Positions 45,996 through 56,861 are shown, numbered from the stretch's first letter. The stretch: 64,000 nucleotides of DNA from Minisyncoccia bacterium (GCA_964229335.1 CAXRCZ010000007.1:59275-123274); one strand, 5' to 3'. Notes: generated by a model from the sequence alone, not told the origin. A program made the numbers and translations.

Positions 45996-47123
45996 TTAAG
46001 AGTTCGCCTGGGCTTCTTTGTAAGATAGCGTCATCTTCTGTTCGTTTGGTTCGAACAAAGTAATTTTGAATTTGTACACTCCGCCAAGCGACAAGGTCTC
46101 TTTGAGTTGTTCTTCTGATTCAAATTCAGAAACATGTACCAATCCAGCTACGCCTTCTTCGATAGAAGCCAGTGCACCATGTTTGTTGTACTTGATAACA
46201 ACCGCGTCCACTACTTCATCCTTGGTGTACTTCTTAGAAGCAGACACCCAAGGGTTTTCTTTCAGTTGCTTGATTGAGAGTGAGATTTTGTCATCTTTCA
46301 CTTCAATCACTTTCACTTCAATCTGATCACCTACTTTGTAGAGAGACTTGGTGTCTTCTACTAGACCCCAATCAATTTCAGAGATATGTACCAGTCCTTC
46401 GAGGCCTGGTTCAAGTTTTACAAAGATACCAAAGTCCACTGCACCGGTGACTTCACCTTTGACCACTTCACCAACATCGTACTTGTTCACTTTTTCACCT
46501 TTTTCTTCTTTTTCTTGCTGGCTCTTTTCAGAGAAGATAAGTTTGTGTTCTTTTTGGTCAGCGGTGATGATAGCGACTGACAGGTGCTGTCCAACCAGCT
46601 CGTTAAGAGCGACTAGGATTTTGTCCTTGTCACCATCAGCTACCCGAGGATAATTCTCAGATGATAGCTGTGAGGCCGGTAAGAATCCTTGAATTCCTTG
46701 CCATTCGATAATAAGTCCGCCTTTGTTAGCTTCTTTAACCTCAAGGCTCATTACTGTGCCACGGTTGGCAGCTTCTTCAGCTTCACCCCAAATGAGGGCT
46801 TGGCGAGCTTCCTTGAGTGATAATTCGATGTATCCGTCTTCGTTTTCTGGTTCGACCACTTTTGAGGCAATGGTGTCACCAACTGAAACTTTGCGAAGAA
46901 TATCACGAGCGTTCATGTACTCACGACCATAGATAATACCGGTTCCGTAGGGAAGGATATCGATATATACCTTAGCTCGTCCAACAGCTGATACAGTTCC
47001 TTCGACAATTTGTCCAGCTTCAAGTGGGGCTGGTGTGTCAGCTAGGAAATGCTGCATGATGTTGGCTGAATCGCCTCCGGTGATGGTGGCGTTTGAAGAC
47101 GCAACGGTAGTTGCTTCTGACAT
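45996..47123 (-). CDS. rpsA: 30S ribosomal protein S1 (four S1 domains)
   Basis: Repeated G.VV.G.V......G.FV S1 motifs. The ATG at 47123 is preferred. Confidence 0.85.
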   Translation of the reverse strand: MSEATTVASSNATITGGDSANIMQHFLADTPAPLEAGQIVEGTVSAVGRAKVYIDILPYGTGIIYGREYMNARDILRKVSVGDTIASKVVEPENEDGYIELSLKEARQALIWGEAEEAANRGTVMSLEVKEANKGGLIIEWQGIQGFLPASQLSSENYPRVADGDKDKILVALNELVGQHLSVAIITADQKEHKLIFSEKSQQEKEEKGEKVNKYDVGEVVKGEVTGAVDFGIFVKLEPGLEGLVHISEIDWGLVEDTKSLYKVGDQIEVKVIEVKDDKISLSIKQLKENPWVSASKKYTKDEVVDAVVIKYNKHGALASIEEGVAGLVHVSEFESEEQLKETLSLGGVYKFKITLFEPNEQKMTLSYKEAQANS

Positions 47124-47324
47124 ACTATATATTTGCTTTACTTCCGACGACACGCGTCCGCGCAACTGTCGCTCGTGGCCATTGTCCGTGAGCGCGGGGT
47201 TAAACGTGTGCCGCTAGAAACTATTAATACCTAAAAGGTGCTAGCAAATATACCAAAAAATATTTTTTTGTCTATATAAACATGAAGGCCGCACGAATCT
47301 AAGATCCGTGCGGCCGTAACCTCT

Positions 47325-47831
47325 TCAGAGGTAGTAGTACCGTTGGCGGTGCATCCGGCGCGTGCGTCCGGTCCATCCACGTTGCCACTTGGGAGCCCGC
47401 TGAGCTCCATAGCCGCGCTGATTGCGAAACGCAGGACGGCATTCGCGCCTGAAGACTTCTTCCTCAGGAAGAATGCCGACATTGGTGCGGTTCCGACCGT
47501 AGAACGCGGGTGGCGTCTGGGTCTGGTAACCGAACTCGTCATTGAGACGGATTACGTCGCCGTAGCGCTTGTGAAGCCAGTCTTTGATGTCGACCTGCAA
47601 GCCGTCATCCCAGTCATAATCGCTGCCGAGGAGCAGCGAAGACATGACGGTCTGCTCCAGTTCTTCGTCGAACGTGTGGTCGAAATCTTCCTCGTCGTCA
47701 TTCGATGGTGCCAGCTCGTAGATGCTGACTTGATCCGTCGAAAGTTCGTACTCGGAGCTTTCGTCGTCTTCACTGAGACCGAAGTTGGTATCGATGAATT
47801 GACCATTCACAGCGTCTCTCAAAGCAGGCAT
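47325..47831 (-). CDS. Hypothetical high-GC protein with an acidic N-terminal half and an Arg-rich C-terminal tail
   Basis: ggagg RBS 7 nt before the ATG. Terminator hairpin ggccgcacg...cgtgcggcc at 47288-47316. The antisense ORF 47343-47855 was rejected. Confidence 0.6.
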   Translation of the reverse strand: MPALRDAVNGQFIDTNFGLSEDDESSEYELSTDQVSIYELAPSNDDEEDFDHTFDEELEQTVMSSLLLGSDYDWDDGLQVDIKDWLHKRYGDVIRLNDEFGYQTQTPPAFYGRNRTNVGILPEEEVFRRECRPAFRNQRGYGAQRAPKWQRGWTGRTRRMHRQRYYYL

Positions 47832-48009
47832 TTCAAACCTCCATACTGTAGTTGATAGGGAACGAATTCAAACTTTACTATATCATAGTATATATAATAA
47901 GTCAAATAAATATTAAAAATAATTTTGTGGATAAATGACATGTATATGCAACACCAGACGCCGCTGAAAACTTCGTTTTCCGCCTGCACTGCTTTATACT
48001 AGTGACACT

Positions 48010-48630
48010 ATGGTTATTACATATCACGGAGGACAGTGTTTTAAAGTATCGTTTGGTGATACCACGTTAGCGTTTAACCCTGTTTCAAAAAAATCAAAAT
48101 TACCAGAAAGCAAATTTGGCTCAGATATCGTGTTCGTATCGTTGTGGCACCCAGACTATAACGGAGTTGAGCAGGTGACTCACGGTTCTAAACAACCGTT
48201 TGTAGTTGATAATCCCGGCGAATACGAAATCGGCACCGTAACCGCTCGCGGGTACGGGGTAAAAACCACCTACGACAAACAAGAGACCTTCAACACCATT
48301 TATCAGGTAAGACTGGAAGAAATGAATATTGTATTTCTTGGTGCACTTGGAGAGCCTGATATTGACCCAAAGATTCTTAGTGAACTCGGAGATATCGACA
48401 TCCTATTCTTACCAATTGGTGGAGGAGACTTATTAGAAGTACCTCAAGCCAGTAAACTAGCAGTCAAACTAGAAGCCAAGGCAGTCATTCCAATGCAGTA
48501 TGATGCCGCTGCGTTGCAATCATTTCTTAAAGAAGAAGGGGAAGAAAAATTAAAGTCTGTAGAAAAACTCACCATCAAGCGAAAAGATCTCGCCACCATG
48601 AGTGGAGATGTGGTGGTACTAAAAAGTTAA
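48010..48630 (+). CDS. MBL-fold metal-dependent hydrolase (UPF0173-like)
   Basis: An ITYHGGQCF start and about 206 aa length are typical of this family. No full HxHxDH motif was seen. Confidence 0.55.
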   Translation: MVITYHGGQCFKVSFGDTTLAFNPVSKKSKLPESKFGSDIVFVSLWHPDYNGVEQVTHGSKQPFVVDNPGEYEIGTVTARGYGVKTTYDKQETFNTIYQVRLEEMNIVFLGALGEPDIDPKILSELGDIDILFLPIGGGDLLEVPQASKLAVKLEAKAVIPMQYDAAALQSFLKEEGEEKLKSVEKLTIKRKDLATMSGDVVVLKS

Positions 48631-48645
48631 TTATAGAGATACGAC

Positions 48646-49011
48646 ATGCGTGATCTTATCGAAAAGGCGAGACAAAAACCCAAAGAGGCACGTGATCGTA
48701 TTGCATTTGCGAGTGCTGCCGGAGTGACAGCTGTCATTTTTGCTGGCTGGTTGGCGGTATCCCATACTCAGTTTTCAATGCTGGCAGAAGTCAGTAACGA
48801 TATCCAGCCAGCCGGTGCTTTCTCAGGTCTCATCAATCAAATTAAAGAACGAACCAGCGATTTACCAATGATGAATCAGGAAAGTGAACCTGCGCCAACA
48901 CCAAATGCTTCTTCAACTATCTATAATCGTTCGACTACCTCGCCAAGTAGCGTTTCACTGGAGCAAAGACGAGAGGTTCGAATTGCCACCAGCACAGCAA
49001 CTAGTTCATAA
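48646..49011 (+). CDS. Hypothetical membrane-anchored protein
   Basis: 121 aa with one TM helix. Confidence 0.5.
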   Translation: MRDLIEKARQKPKEARDRIAFASAAGVTAVIFAGWLAVSHTQFSMLAEVSNDIQPAGAFSGLINQIKERTSDLPMMNQESEPAPTPNASSTIYNRSTTSPSSVSLEQRREVRIATSTATSS

Positions 49012-49069
49012 AACTAGTATGAATGTGCTATACTAGCCTAGTTATTTTCACCCAAAACGACGATCTGTT

Positions 49070-51538
49070 ATGCCGAAAAAAACCGTAGTGAACGACACTC
49101 CACCAGAAGAAGATCGGATTATCGATCAAAGTATTACCACCGAAATGGAAACGGCGTATTTGGACTACGCGATGTCGGTGATTACCTCGCGCGCCCTGCC
49201 AGATGTACGTGACGGTCTCAAGCCAGTGCACCGTAGAATCCTCTACTCAATGCGTCTAAATGGCCTGACTTCAGGCGCGAAGTTTAAGAAATCTGCGACG
49301 GTTGTGGGAGATGTACTCGGTAGTTTTCACCCACATGGAGATAGCGCTGTATATGAAGCGATGGTGAAGTTGGCACAAAATTTCTCTACTCGCTATCCAT
49401 TGGTACTTGGTCAAGGAAACTTCGGTTCGATTGATGGTGACTCAGCTGCGGCCTATCGATATACCGAGGCCAAGATGTCTAAGGTAGCGGAAGAGTTGTT
49501 GCGGGATTTAGAAAAAGACACCGTTAATTGGCGACCTAACTTTGATGGTACAAAGAAAGAACCAGAGGTCCTGCCAGCTGCAGTGCCCAACCTATTACTC
49601 CTAGGCTCGCTTGGTATTGCAGTCGGGATGGCTACTAACATACCGCCACACAACCTGCGAGAGGTAGTTAACGCCACTGCCCACCTCATCGATGATCCTG
49701 ACGCGAGTACCGACGATTTGCTTCAACATGTCAAAGGGCCAGATTTTCCAACCGGAGCGATTGCCTTTAACCAAAAAGACATCAAGCACGCCTACGCCAA
49801 CGGTCGGGGTGGGGTAGTGGTGCGTGGTGAAACCGAGATTGTCGAAGACAAGCGTGGTTCGTTTTCAATCATCATCACGTCACTACCGTATCGAGTCAAT
49901 AAGGCGGACATGCAAGAAAAGATTGCCAACCTAGTCCGTGAGAAAAAAATTGAAGGCATCAAAGAAATGCGCGATGAATCAACTAGCGATATTCGTGTCG
50001 TGATTGACCTGAAGTCCGGTTCACAACCACAAACAGTACTCAACAAACTCTACAAACACACTCAACTCGAAGACACGTTCCATTACAACATGGTGGCACT
50101 GGTGGATGGTATTCCGCAAACTCTATCTCTTAAAGTAATTCTCCAAGAGTACATTAAACACCGAGCTGAGGTGATTCGGCGCCGTACCGAATACGATTTA
50201 AATAAAGCCAAAGACCGCGAGCATATTTTGCTCGGACTCAAAAAGGCCCTCGACCATATCGATAAAATCATCAAGCTAATTCGAGCTGCCAAAGATGTGC
50301 CGACCGCACATGCGCAGTTGATGAAAGAGTTTAAATTCTCAGACATTCAAGCTCAAGCTATTCTTGACATGCGGCTCCAGAAACTTGCTGGATTAGAACG
50401 CAAAAAGATTGAAGACGAGCTGGCTGAAGTACAAAAACTCATCAAATCACTTGAAGCTATCCTCAAGAGTAAGGCCAAGATGATGACCATCGTCAAAGAC
50501 GAGCTGATGGAAGTGGCTGATAAATTTGGCGATGATCGTCGAACCAAAATTGTCAAAGGCGGCGTCAAGCAACTCAACCCAGAAGACTTGGTTCCTGATG
50601 AAGAGAGCGTGTTGGTGCTCACCAAAGGAGGGTATGTAAAGCGTACTAATCCGTCAGAATACAAAACCCAACGAAGGGGAGGGGTCGGTGTAGTTGATCT
50701 CAACACCAAGGAAGAAGACATGGTGACCACCCTCCTTACTACCTCTACCCATAGTGACTTACTCTTCTTCACCAATGCTGGGAAGGTCTATCAGAGTAAA
50801 ATGTACGAAATCCCAGAAGGAAGACGAGCTACCAAGGGCAAGTCAATTATGAACTTCTTGCCACTACAGTCTGAAGAACAAGTAACTTCAGTATTGGCAG
50901 TCCGTAAAGAAGAATGGGATGGCGAGTGGAGTCTGATGATGGTGACCAAAAATGGGGTGGCGAAAAAGAGCGACGCAGCTGCCTTTAAGGACGTGCGTCG
51001 AAGTGGACTCATCGCTATCAAGCTCAAGCCAGAAGACTCTCTAATTGCTGCCAAATTTGTTGGTAAGGGAGATGAGGTGTCACTCATTAGTAAAAATGGT
51101 CAGTCAATCCGCTTTACCGAAGCCGATGTGCGCCAAATGGGCCGTACTGCTGCCGGAGTAGGGGCTATGAAACTGTCTAAAGGCGATACGATTGTGTCAG
51201 CCGACGTATTTAAGAAAACCGAAAAAGACCGCGAAATATTAGTGGTCACTGAAAATGGTTTTGGGAAATCAACGCCAGCTAAAGAATACAAAACTCAAAA
51301 ACGCGGTGGCTCAGGGGTCAAAACCGTCAAAGTAACCGAAAAGACCGGTAAGGTAGTTGGAGCTATCGTCCTCAGTCAGGAAGAGCGAGCCGAAGGCGAA
51401 TTAGTCATCATGAGTCAGAAAGGACAGGTAATTAAACTACCACTCAAACAAGTCCCAACCCTCGGTCGTGATACGCAAGGAGTCAAAGTGATGAAGATGC
51501 GGGCCGGAGACTCAATTGCTTCAATTGTGTTTGTGTAG
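49070..51538 (+). CDS. gyrA: DNA gyrase subunit A
   Basis: [24 protein letters not shown] and the active-site AAYRYTE region. C-terminal beta-pinwheel repeats. Confidence 0.95.
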   Translation: MPKKTVVNDTPPEEDRIIDQSITTEMETAYLDYAMSVITSRALPDVRDGLKPVHRRILYSMRLNGLTSGAKFKKSATVVGDVLGSFHPHGDSAVYEAMVKLAQNFSTRYPLVLGQGNFGSIDGDSAAAYRYTEAKMSKVAEELLRDLEKDTVNWRPNFDGTKKEPEVLPAAVPNLLLLGSLGIAVGMATNIPPHNLREVVNATAHLIDDPDASTDDLLQHVKGPDFPTGAIAFNQKDIKHAYANGRGGVVVRGETEIVEDKRGSFSIIITSLPYRVNKADMQEKIANLVREKKIEGIKEMRDESTSDIRVVIDLKSGSQPQTVLNKLYKHTQLEDTFHYNMVALVDGIPQTLSLKVILQEYIKHRAEVIRRRTEYDLNKAKDREHILLGLKKALDHIDKIIKLIRAAKDVPTAHAQLMKEFKFSDIQAQAILDMRLQKLAGLERKKIEDELAEVQKLIKSLEAILKSKAKMMTIVKDELMEVADKFGDDRRTKIVKGGVKQLNPEDLVPDEESVLVLTKGGYVKRTNPSEYKTQRRGGVGVVDLNTKEEDMVTTLLTTSTHSDLLFFTNAGKVYQSKMYEIPEGRRATKGKSIMNFLPLQSEEQVTSVLAVRKEEWDGEWSLMMVTKNGVAKKSDAAAFKDVRRSGLIAIKLKPEDSLIAAKFVGKGDEVSLISKNGQSIRFTEADVRQMGRTAAGVGAMKLSKGDTIVSADVFKKTEKDREILVVTENGFGKSTPAKEYKTQKRGGSGVKTVKVTEKTGKVVGAIVLSQEERAEGELVIMSQKGQVIKLPLKQVPTLGRDTQGVKVMKMRAGDSIASIVFV

Positions 51539-51611
51539 TCAAATCTCTATCAGTACTGGCTTTACACAGCGCCGGAGTCCAGTACCACGTCTGTACTATA
51601 TAATGTAAGGG

Positions 51612-52154
51612 ATGAATACTAGCGGCAGATTTGTAGCGCCGGAGGCGGTGGCATCTCATTTTCATATTAAACCTGGAGACCAGGTGGCTGATTTTGGTGC
51701 TGGTTCCGGATTTTTCTTACCGGCCCTCTCAGCTCGAGCTGGTAAGAGTGGTCGAGTCTACGCCTGCGAAATCCAACGACCACTGGTAGATGCTATTGCT
51801 GAGAAATCCAGAACCGAAAACTGGTTCAATGTACAAGTATTGTGGTGTGACCTAGAACATGCCGAAGGGGTGGCAATACCCGAAGGGTCGCTGGATGTGG
51901 GGGTGTTAGTTAATACCTTGTTTTTACTAGAAGACAAAAAAACAGCAGTGAGCGAAATAGCTCGGGTACTGCGTACTGGCGGCAATTTGTTTGTAATTGA
52001 CTGGACCGAATCCTTCAAGGGACTGGGGCCGCGACCGGATGATGTGGTTGATGCGGCTATTGCGACAGCTCTGTTTGAACAAAATGGTTTTGTCTTAGAG
52101 CGAGAATTTGACGCTGGTGAGCATCATTATGGCTTAGCCTTTAAAAAGATATGA
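51612..52154 (+). CDS. Class I SAM-dependent methyltransferase
   Basis: VADFGAGSGFF motif I. Confidence 0.7.
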   Translation: MNTSGRFVAPEAVASHFHIKPGDQVADFGAGSGFFLPALSARAGKSGRVYACEIQRPLVDAIAEKSRTENWFNVQVLWCDLEHAEGVAIPEGSLDVGVLVNTLFLLEDKKTAVSEIARVLRTGGNLFVIDWTESFKGLGPRPDDVVDAAIATALFEQNGFVLEREFDAGEHHYGLAFKKI

Positions 52155-53449
52155 AACTCCGTCCATTTGAATTAGCTTTAATACTAGGATTTGCGCTATT
52201 GGCCGCAGTGGCTCTGCTTCTCTTGGCAAACTTTCAAAACAGTAACCGTGGGGAGGTGACAGTAGGTACAGTAGTCATCTGGGGAACTCTAGATGGCGAG
52301 AGAATGTATGAATTATTGCAAGAATTAGCTGATGCTCAAGACGAATACAGTGATGTAAGTTATCGGCAAATAGCTGCTGAAGAATTAGAAAATCAACTTG
52401 TCAATGCTCTCGCTGATGGTCGAGGACCGGACTTGTTACTAGTGCCGCACGAACAATTGGTCAGCATGCGCAGTCGTTTGCGTCCAATTACCTACGATTC
52501 ATTCCCAAGACGCGACATTATCGATACTTATATCGACGGTGCGCAAATATTTGCTCTTAACGATGGGTTGTACGCCTATCCAATCGCTGTCGATCCCTTA
52601 CTGCTGTATTGGAACCGAGCTCTGCTAGCGAACGCTGGATTTCTCAATGCGCCTGCCACTTGGGAGCAGCTTGTAAATGAATATGTACCAGCTCTAATCG
52701 AGCGTGATGCCAATCGACAGATTATGCGCAGTGTAGTAGCTATGGGTGAATATGAGAATATTCGCAACGCGCATGGTATTGTATCGACGCTGCTACTCCA
52801 AGGTGGGAGTGAAATGGTGCTCGAAGATGGTCGACAGTATTCAGTGCTATTAGACACATCTGTGTCAGGCTCTGGTCGACCATTGCAATCAGCGGCTGAT
52901 TTCTATACTCGATTTAGCCGGCCTTCTAACACACTATATTCATGGAACCGGTCTCTGCCAGAAGATCGGCAACATTTCCTGGCCGAAGATCTCTTGCTTT
53001 ACTTTGGCTACGCTAGCGAAGGGGTAGAAATTGAGCAGCTCAACCCAAATCTCAGCTTTGGAGTGGCCGAAGTGCCACAAGGCGCTTCAGCCACTGTACG
53101 CCGCACCTACGGAACCTTTTACGGACTAGGACTACTACGGGCCTCAGATAATATTGCAGGCGCAGCCGCGGTAATGAACATCCTCTCGAGTCCAGCTGTA
53201 GCAGCTAGAATTGCGATTGATAACGACATTGTGCCGGCGCATCGTAGTTCGGTAGCTACCGGTAGCAATGATACGTACGGGCGTACTGCTTACTCAGTTG
53301 CCCCTGTGACTTACGGTTGGCTCAATCCCGAGATTGAAGCCAGTCGAGATATTTTCTCTACCATGGTTAGGGATATTGTTGAAAACCGTTTTGATGTTAG
53401 TGATGCAGTGAGGGATGCCATTGACCGTTTACAAGTGCAGTATAATTAA
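52151..53449 (+). CDS. Membrane-anchored extracellular solute-binding-protein-like protein
   Basis: N-terminal TM helix, then a family-1 SBP-like pattern (GPDLLLVPHEQL, LLYWNRALL). Confidence 0.5.
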   Translation: MKLRPFELALILGFALLAAVALLLLANFQNSNRGEVTVGTVVIWGTLDGERMYELLQELADAQDEYSDVSYRQIAAEELENQLVNALADGRGPDLLLVPHEQLVSMRSRLRPITYDSFPRRDIIDTYIDGAQIFALNDGLYAYPIAVDPLLLYWNRALLANAGFLNAPATWEQLVNEYVPALIERDANRQIMRSVVAMGEYENIRNAHGIVSTLLLQGGSEMVLEDGRQYSVLLDTSVSGSGRPLQSAADFYTRFSRPSNTLYSWNRSLPEDRQHFLAEDLLLYFGYASEGVEIEQLNPNLSFGVAEVPQGASATVRRTYGTFYGLGLLRASDNIAGAAAVMNILSSPAVAARIAIDNDIVPAHRSSVATGSNDTYGRTAYSVAPVTYGWLNPEIEASRDIFSTMVRDIVENRFDVSDAVRDAIDRLQVQYN

Positions 53450-53452
53450 CCT

Positions 53453-53908
53453 ATGAAATTCATTTCTCAACTACACGTTTGCTTGATGAGTCTGGCCGGA
53501 TTGTTACTTTTTCCGAATAGTCTTTTGGCTCAGACTAACCCCACTAGCCCCAGTCGACCACCAGAAGACCCAGGAGCTAATCCCACCAGTCCTAGTCGAC
53601 CGCCAGCTAGTGGTTCGGAAGGGGATAGTGGAGCTGGTTCGCAAACGTTGACTAACCCACTTGCCTTCGATTCCATTCAAGATTTATTAGTGGCACTACT
53701 CAATGTGTTGATAGTTATTGCTACTCCAATAGTTGTCTTCTTTATTATTTTTGCTGGTTTCAAGTATGTAACCGCTCAAGGTAATGCCGAGAAGGTAAAA
53801 GAAGCTACTCGCGCCCTTACGTATGCCGTTATTGGAGGAGTGCTTATTATCGGCGCTGTAGCCATAGCCGAAATTATTGGAAATGTGGTTGACCAATTTA
53901 GCGCCTAA
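53453..53908 (+). CDS. VirB2/TrbC-like (T4SS-pilin-like) small membrane protein with a Pro-rich tandem repeat
   Basis: Signal peptide, then NPTSPSRPP twice, then a helix / charged GNAEK loop / helix core. Confidence 0.55.
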   Translation: MKFISQLHVCLMSLAGLLLFPNSLLAQTNPTSPSRPPEDPGANPTSPSRPPASGSEGDSGAGSQTLTNPLAFDSIQDLLVALLNVLIVIATPIVVFFIIFAGFKYVTAQGNAEKVKEATRALTYAVIGGVLIIGAVAIAEIIGNVVDQFSA

Positions 53909-53910
53909 GC

Positions 53911-54165
53911 ATGGAAACTCCGACAGACATAAAATCATTAGCAGCTTTCATTCTTAGATTTATAGAGATTCTTATCCCAGCGTTATTTGCTGTCGTCTTT
54001 GTGTATGTGATTTGGAAGATTATTAATGCTTGGGTGATTCACGGTGGTGACGAAACTAAGCGTGCTGAAGGCCGGCGGCTAGTAGTTATCGCAGTACTGG
54101 TATTTGTGGTGATGATCAGTACGTGGGGAATTGTCGCGTTGATCAAAAATTCTTTATTTGGATAA
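53911..54165 (+). CDS. VirB2/TrbC-like small membrane protein
   Basis: 84 aa with two TM helices separated by a GGDETKRAEGRR loop. Confidence 0.5.
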   Translation: METPTDIKSLAAFILRFIEILIPALFAVVFVYVIWKIINAWVIHGGDETKRAEGRRLVVIAVLVFVVMISTWGIVALIKNSLFG

Positions 54166-54182
54166 AGTATAATTAATTTACT

Positions 54183-54554
54183 ATGAAAAAAGTAATAACC
54201 ATTGCTAGTCTAGTCCTTATGACACCATTGATTACCTTTGCCCAGTCTCGGGATGGTGTTGGCGGGCCACTGAGTAACACCCTCCAAGAAATTTTGATTT
54301 TTATCAATGATGTACTCATTCCGTTTATTATTGGCATCGGCTTTTTAGCCTTTGTGTGGGGAATGTTTCAGTACTTTATCGCTGGAGGCGCTAATGATGA
54401 GTCAAGAGAGAAAGGTAAGAAGTTGATGGTCAATGCTACTATTGGCTTTGTGGTGATTATCATTTTCTTTGGCTTCATTAATATGCTCACTAGTAGTTCT
54501 GGTCTTGAAGGCGAGCGGCTGAAGAATATTCCACAGGTCAACGTACCGAGATAG
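54183..54554 (+). CDS. VirB2/TrbC-like small membrane protein
   Basis: Signal peptide. LIFINDVLIPFIIG...YFIAGGANDESREKGKK core shared with the next gene. Confidence 0.55.
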   Translation: MKKVITIASLVLMTPLITFAQSRDGVGGPLSNTLQEILIFINDVLIPFIIGIGFLAFVWGMFQYFIAGGANDESREKGKKLMVNATIGFVVIIIFFGFINMLTSSSGLEGERLKNIPQVNVPR

Positions 54555-54655
54555 GTTTTGTTATACACATTGGTTTTTTAGTAGACTGAAAAACCACCAG
54601 TTTTAGTATATAATTGATAAAACGTTACCACGTTGTTAGAAATATTTACAAATTT

Positions 54656-55051
54656 ATGAAAAAAATTACCTCAACATTACTAGCGCTTGCGCTACTAGTT
54701 ACACCATCATTGTCTCTTGCTCAACAAGGATTTGATGCGGACAACAGTCAGCTCACAGACTTCTTTACCGAAGTATTGATATTTATCAACGATGTTCTAA
54801 TTCCATTTATTCTTGGAGTAGCCTTCCTGTTCTTTGTCTGGGGAGTCTTCAGATACTTCATTGCTGGCGGAGCCGACGAAGAAAAGCGTGAACAAGGCAA
54901 AAAGATTATAATTTACTCTCTCCTTGGATTTGTAATCATTATCATCTTCTGGGGATTGGTAAACTTGCTGGCTGAAAGTACTGGATTTGAAGGAGATCGG
55001 TTAGACGACATTCCACAAGTTGATAATTTGATTAGGGGAGGTGGTAACTAA
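54656..55051 (+). CDS. VirB2/TrbC-like small membrane protein
   Basis: Close paralog of 54183-54554 (LIFINDVLIPFILG...YFIAGGADEEKREQGKK). Confidence 0.55.
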   Translation: MKKITSTLLALALLVTPSLSLAQQGFDADNSQLTDFFTEVLIFINDVLIPFILGVAFLFFVWGVFRYFIAGGADEEKREQGKKIIIYSLLGFVIIIIFWGLVNLLAESTGFEGDRLDDIPQVDNLIRGGGN

Positions 55052-55123
55052 CAACTACTCAATTTATACTCAAAAAAGCCCCGTACGGGCTTTTTTATTA
55101 CTTGTTCATGCTAAAATTTTATT

Positions 55124-55453
55124 ATGACTCCTCAACAAAAAGCCAGTACTGAAGCGGCTACTTTTGTCGCTAAGCTGAACGACATAATCCTGTTTCCCAT
55201 TATCGCTATCTTGGCTGGAGTAGCTTTCCTGGTTTTTCTCTGGGGATGTGCGCAGTACATCTTCAAGGCTAACAATGATCAAGCTCGGTCAGATGGTATT
55301 CGGCACATTACCTTCGGTATTATTGGTTTAGTAGTAATGCTGAGCGCTTGGGGAATACTTTCTATAGCCACAGCTACATTTGGTTTAGACGATGAGCTTA
55401 ATTGTGCGCAAGACCCGACACAATCAGGCTGCGATAACGCATTTCGTCCATAA
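55124..55453 (+). CDS. VirB2/TrbC-like small membrane protein
   Basis: Same helix-loop-helix core with a C-terminal Cys pair. Confidence 0.5.
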   Translation: MTPQQKASTEAATFVAKLNDIILFPIIAILAGVAFLVFLWGCAQYIFKANNDQARSDGIRHITFGIIGLVVMLSAWGILSIATATFGLDDELNCAQDPTQSGCDNAFRP

Positions 55454-55508
55454 GAAAAGCCCCTGCCGCAATAAAGCAGCAGGGGCGTTTAGTAAAGAAC
55501 TCTGGAAC

Positions 55509-56861
55509 TCAGGAACAGGGATTCGGGCGGTCGGTGTTGAGACGAACTCGAAAGTTCATCTCATCCTGATCGCCAAAACCATCCGGACGGGGCACCAAGA
55601 GTGCCGACCAGAATTCTTGGGCCGGGTACTCTGCGTCGGTTGCCCAACGCGTGGCCTCGCAAAAGTCCACTTCAGGGGTTAGGTTTTCCAGATATACCCC
55701 CTCAGGAACTTCATTCTGGTTGAACATCAGCATGCAGTCCTTACCGAAGTTGACCTGCATTCCCTCAGCGATTTTGTCAGTGGTAACCACCACGACATCA
55801 TCGCAGATTTCGAGAGCTGCCGATCCGGTCCGGTCAACAGATACCGATGCTGCACTGACTGCAGCTGGGCCTCCGAAAATGGAGAACACCAGCAGCGCAA
55901 CCAGCAAGATGCCGGCCCCACCCCCTATCTGCGCGGTCGCCTTGCGGGTGCTACGCATATAGGAACGCGAGTACACCACAAACGCACCGATGGTGATGGC
56001 CAGGAGGATTGCTCCCAACCAAAACCACGGCGAGCCGGTCAGTTCGAGGAGTTTGACCACCCCCACTTTCGGATTTCGCCAGTTGGCTTCTTCTGTGGTA
56101 AGCGGTTCGAGTTTCACTCCTACTCCATCCTTGGCATAACACGGCTTTGTTTCCGTGCAGTCGGCCGGCGAGAGATCGGGTACGATTTCCTTGGTTACCG
56201 GGTTGTACATAACCACCGCGGCACCATTCTCATCGCTGACTTCTTCCGGCAGGTTGTAATTCAGGCTAATGCCAAAAGTGCTCCAGAGCAGTGCCAGAAA
56301 CGCTCCTGTGAGGTATAGAAGCTGAAGTCGTCGCGACCAGTTTCCCCGCTTGCCATAGACAAGTCCGAGAGTGGTAAACGCCACGATCACCAGTAGCAAA
56401 CCCCAGAAAGCAAACGGCGCTTCACCGAACGAATAAGTGGCAAGCACCACACTGCTCATCGAGAAGACGTGCAGATAGATGAGTCCAACCTTCGCCAGGT
56501 TGCCAGGCGTGTTTGCGATTCCTTGGCTTACATCCCGATCCTTCAGGAACGTAAATATCGCCCCAATTGGAATCGAGTGTGCGAGCACTGTCGACGATGT
56601 GAGCACACCCGCGATGGCTAGTAGGCCAATTATCGCCGGGATGAAGTTGAGCGGGTGGTACACCAGATTGATGAGCCACATGATCAACAGCATACCGACA
56701 AGTGTCAGCAAGCTACCACGTGCGATAAAAGAAATCGGCTGCAACAACCATTTCAGGTGCTCCACTATCCATTCAATGATGTTGGACTGTGTTGGAGTGT
56801 GTGGAGCCGGCAGTTCGTTGGGATTATGTACCCGAACCGGCAAGTTACGTGGATCGTACAT
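55509..56861 (-). CDS. Hypothetical polytopic membrane protein with a C-terminal extracytoplasmic Cys-containing domain (high-GC)
   Basis: ATG at 56861 with an aaagga RBS, 16 nt after the upstream gene stop. About 8 TM helices. 60-nt lines spot-counted at 52-63% GC. Confidence 0.6.
   Translation of the reverse strand: MYDPRNLPVRVHNPNELPAPHTPTQSNIIEWIVEHLKWLLQPISFIARGSLLTLVGMLLIMWLINLVYHPLNFIPAIIGLLAIAGVLTSSTVLAHSIPIGAIFTFLKDRDVSQGIANTPGNLAKVGLIYLHVFSMSSVVLATYSFGEAPFAFWGLLLVIVAFTTLGLVYGKRGNWSRRLQLLYLTGAFLALLWSTFGISLNYNLPEEVSDENGAAVVMYNPVTKEIVPDLSPADCTETKPCYAKDGVGVKLEPLTTEEANWRNPKVGVVKLLELTGSPWFWLGAILLAITIGAFVVYSRSYMRSTRKATAQIGGGAGILLVALLVFSIFGGPAAVSAASVSVDRTGSAALEICDDVVVVTTDKIAEGMQVNFGKDCMLMFNQNEVPEGVYLENLTPEVDFCEATRWATDAEYPAQEFWSALLVPRPDGFGDQDEMNFRVRLNTDRPNPCS

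Noticed and set aside
47343-47855. 170-aa plus-strand ORF.
   Set aside because: It overlaps the minus-strand ORF 47325-47831 almost completely. The minus-strand ORF has a ggagg RBS at the correct spacing and a downstream terminator, and the plus-strand ORF has neither.
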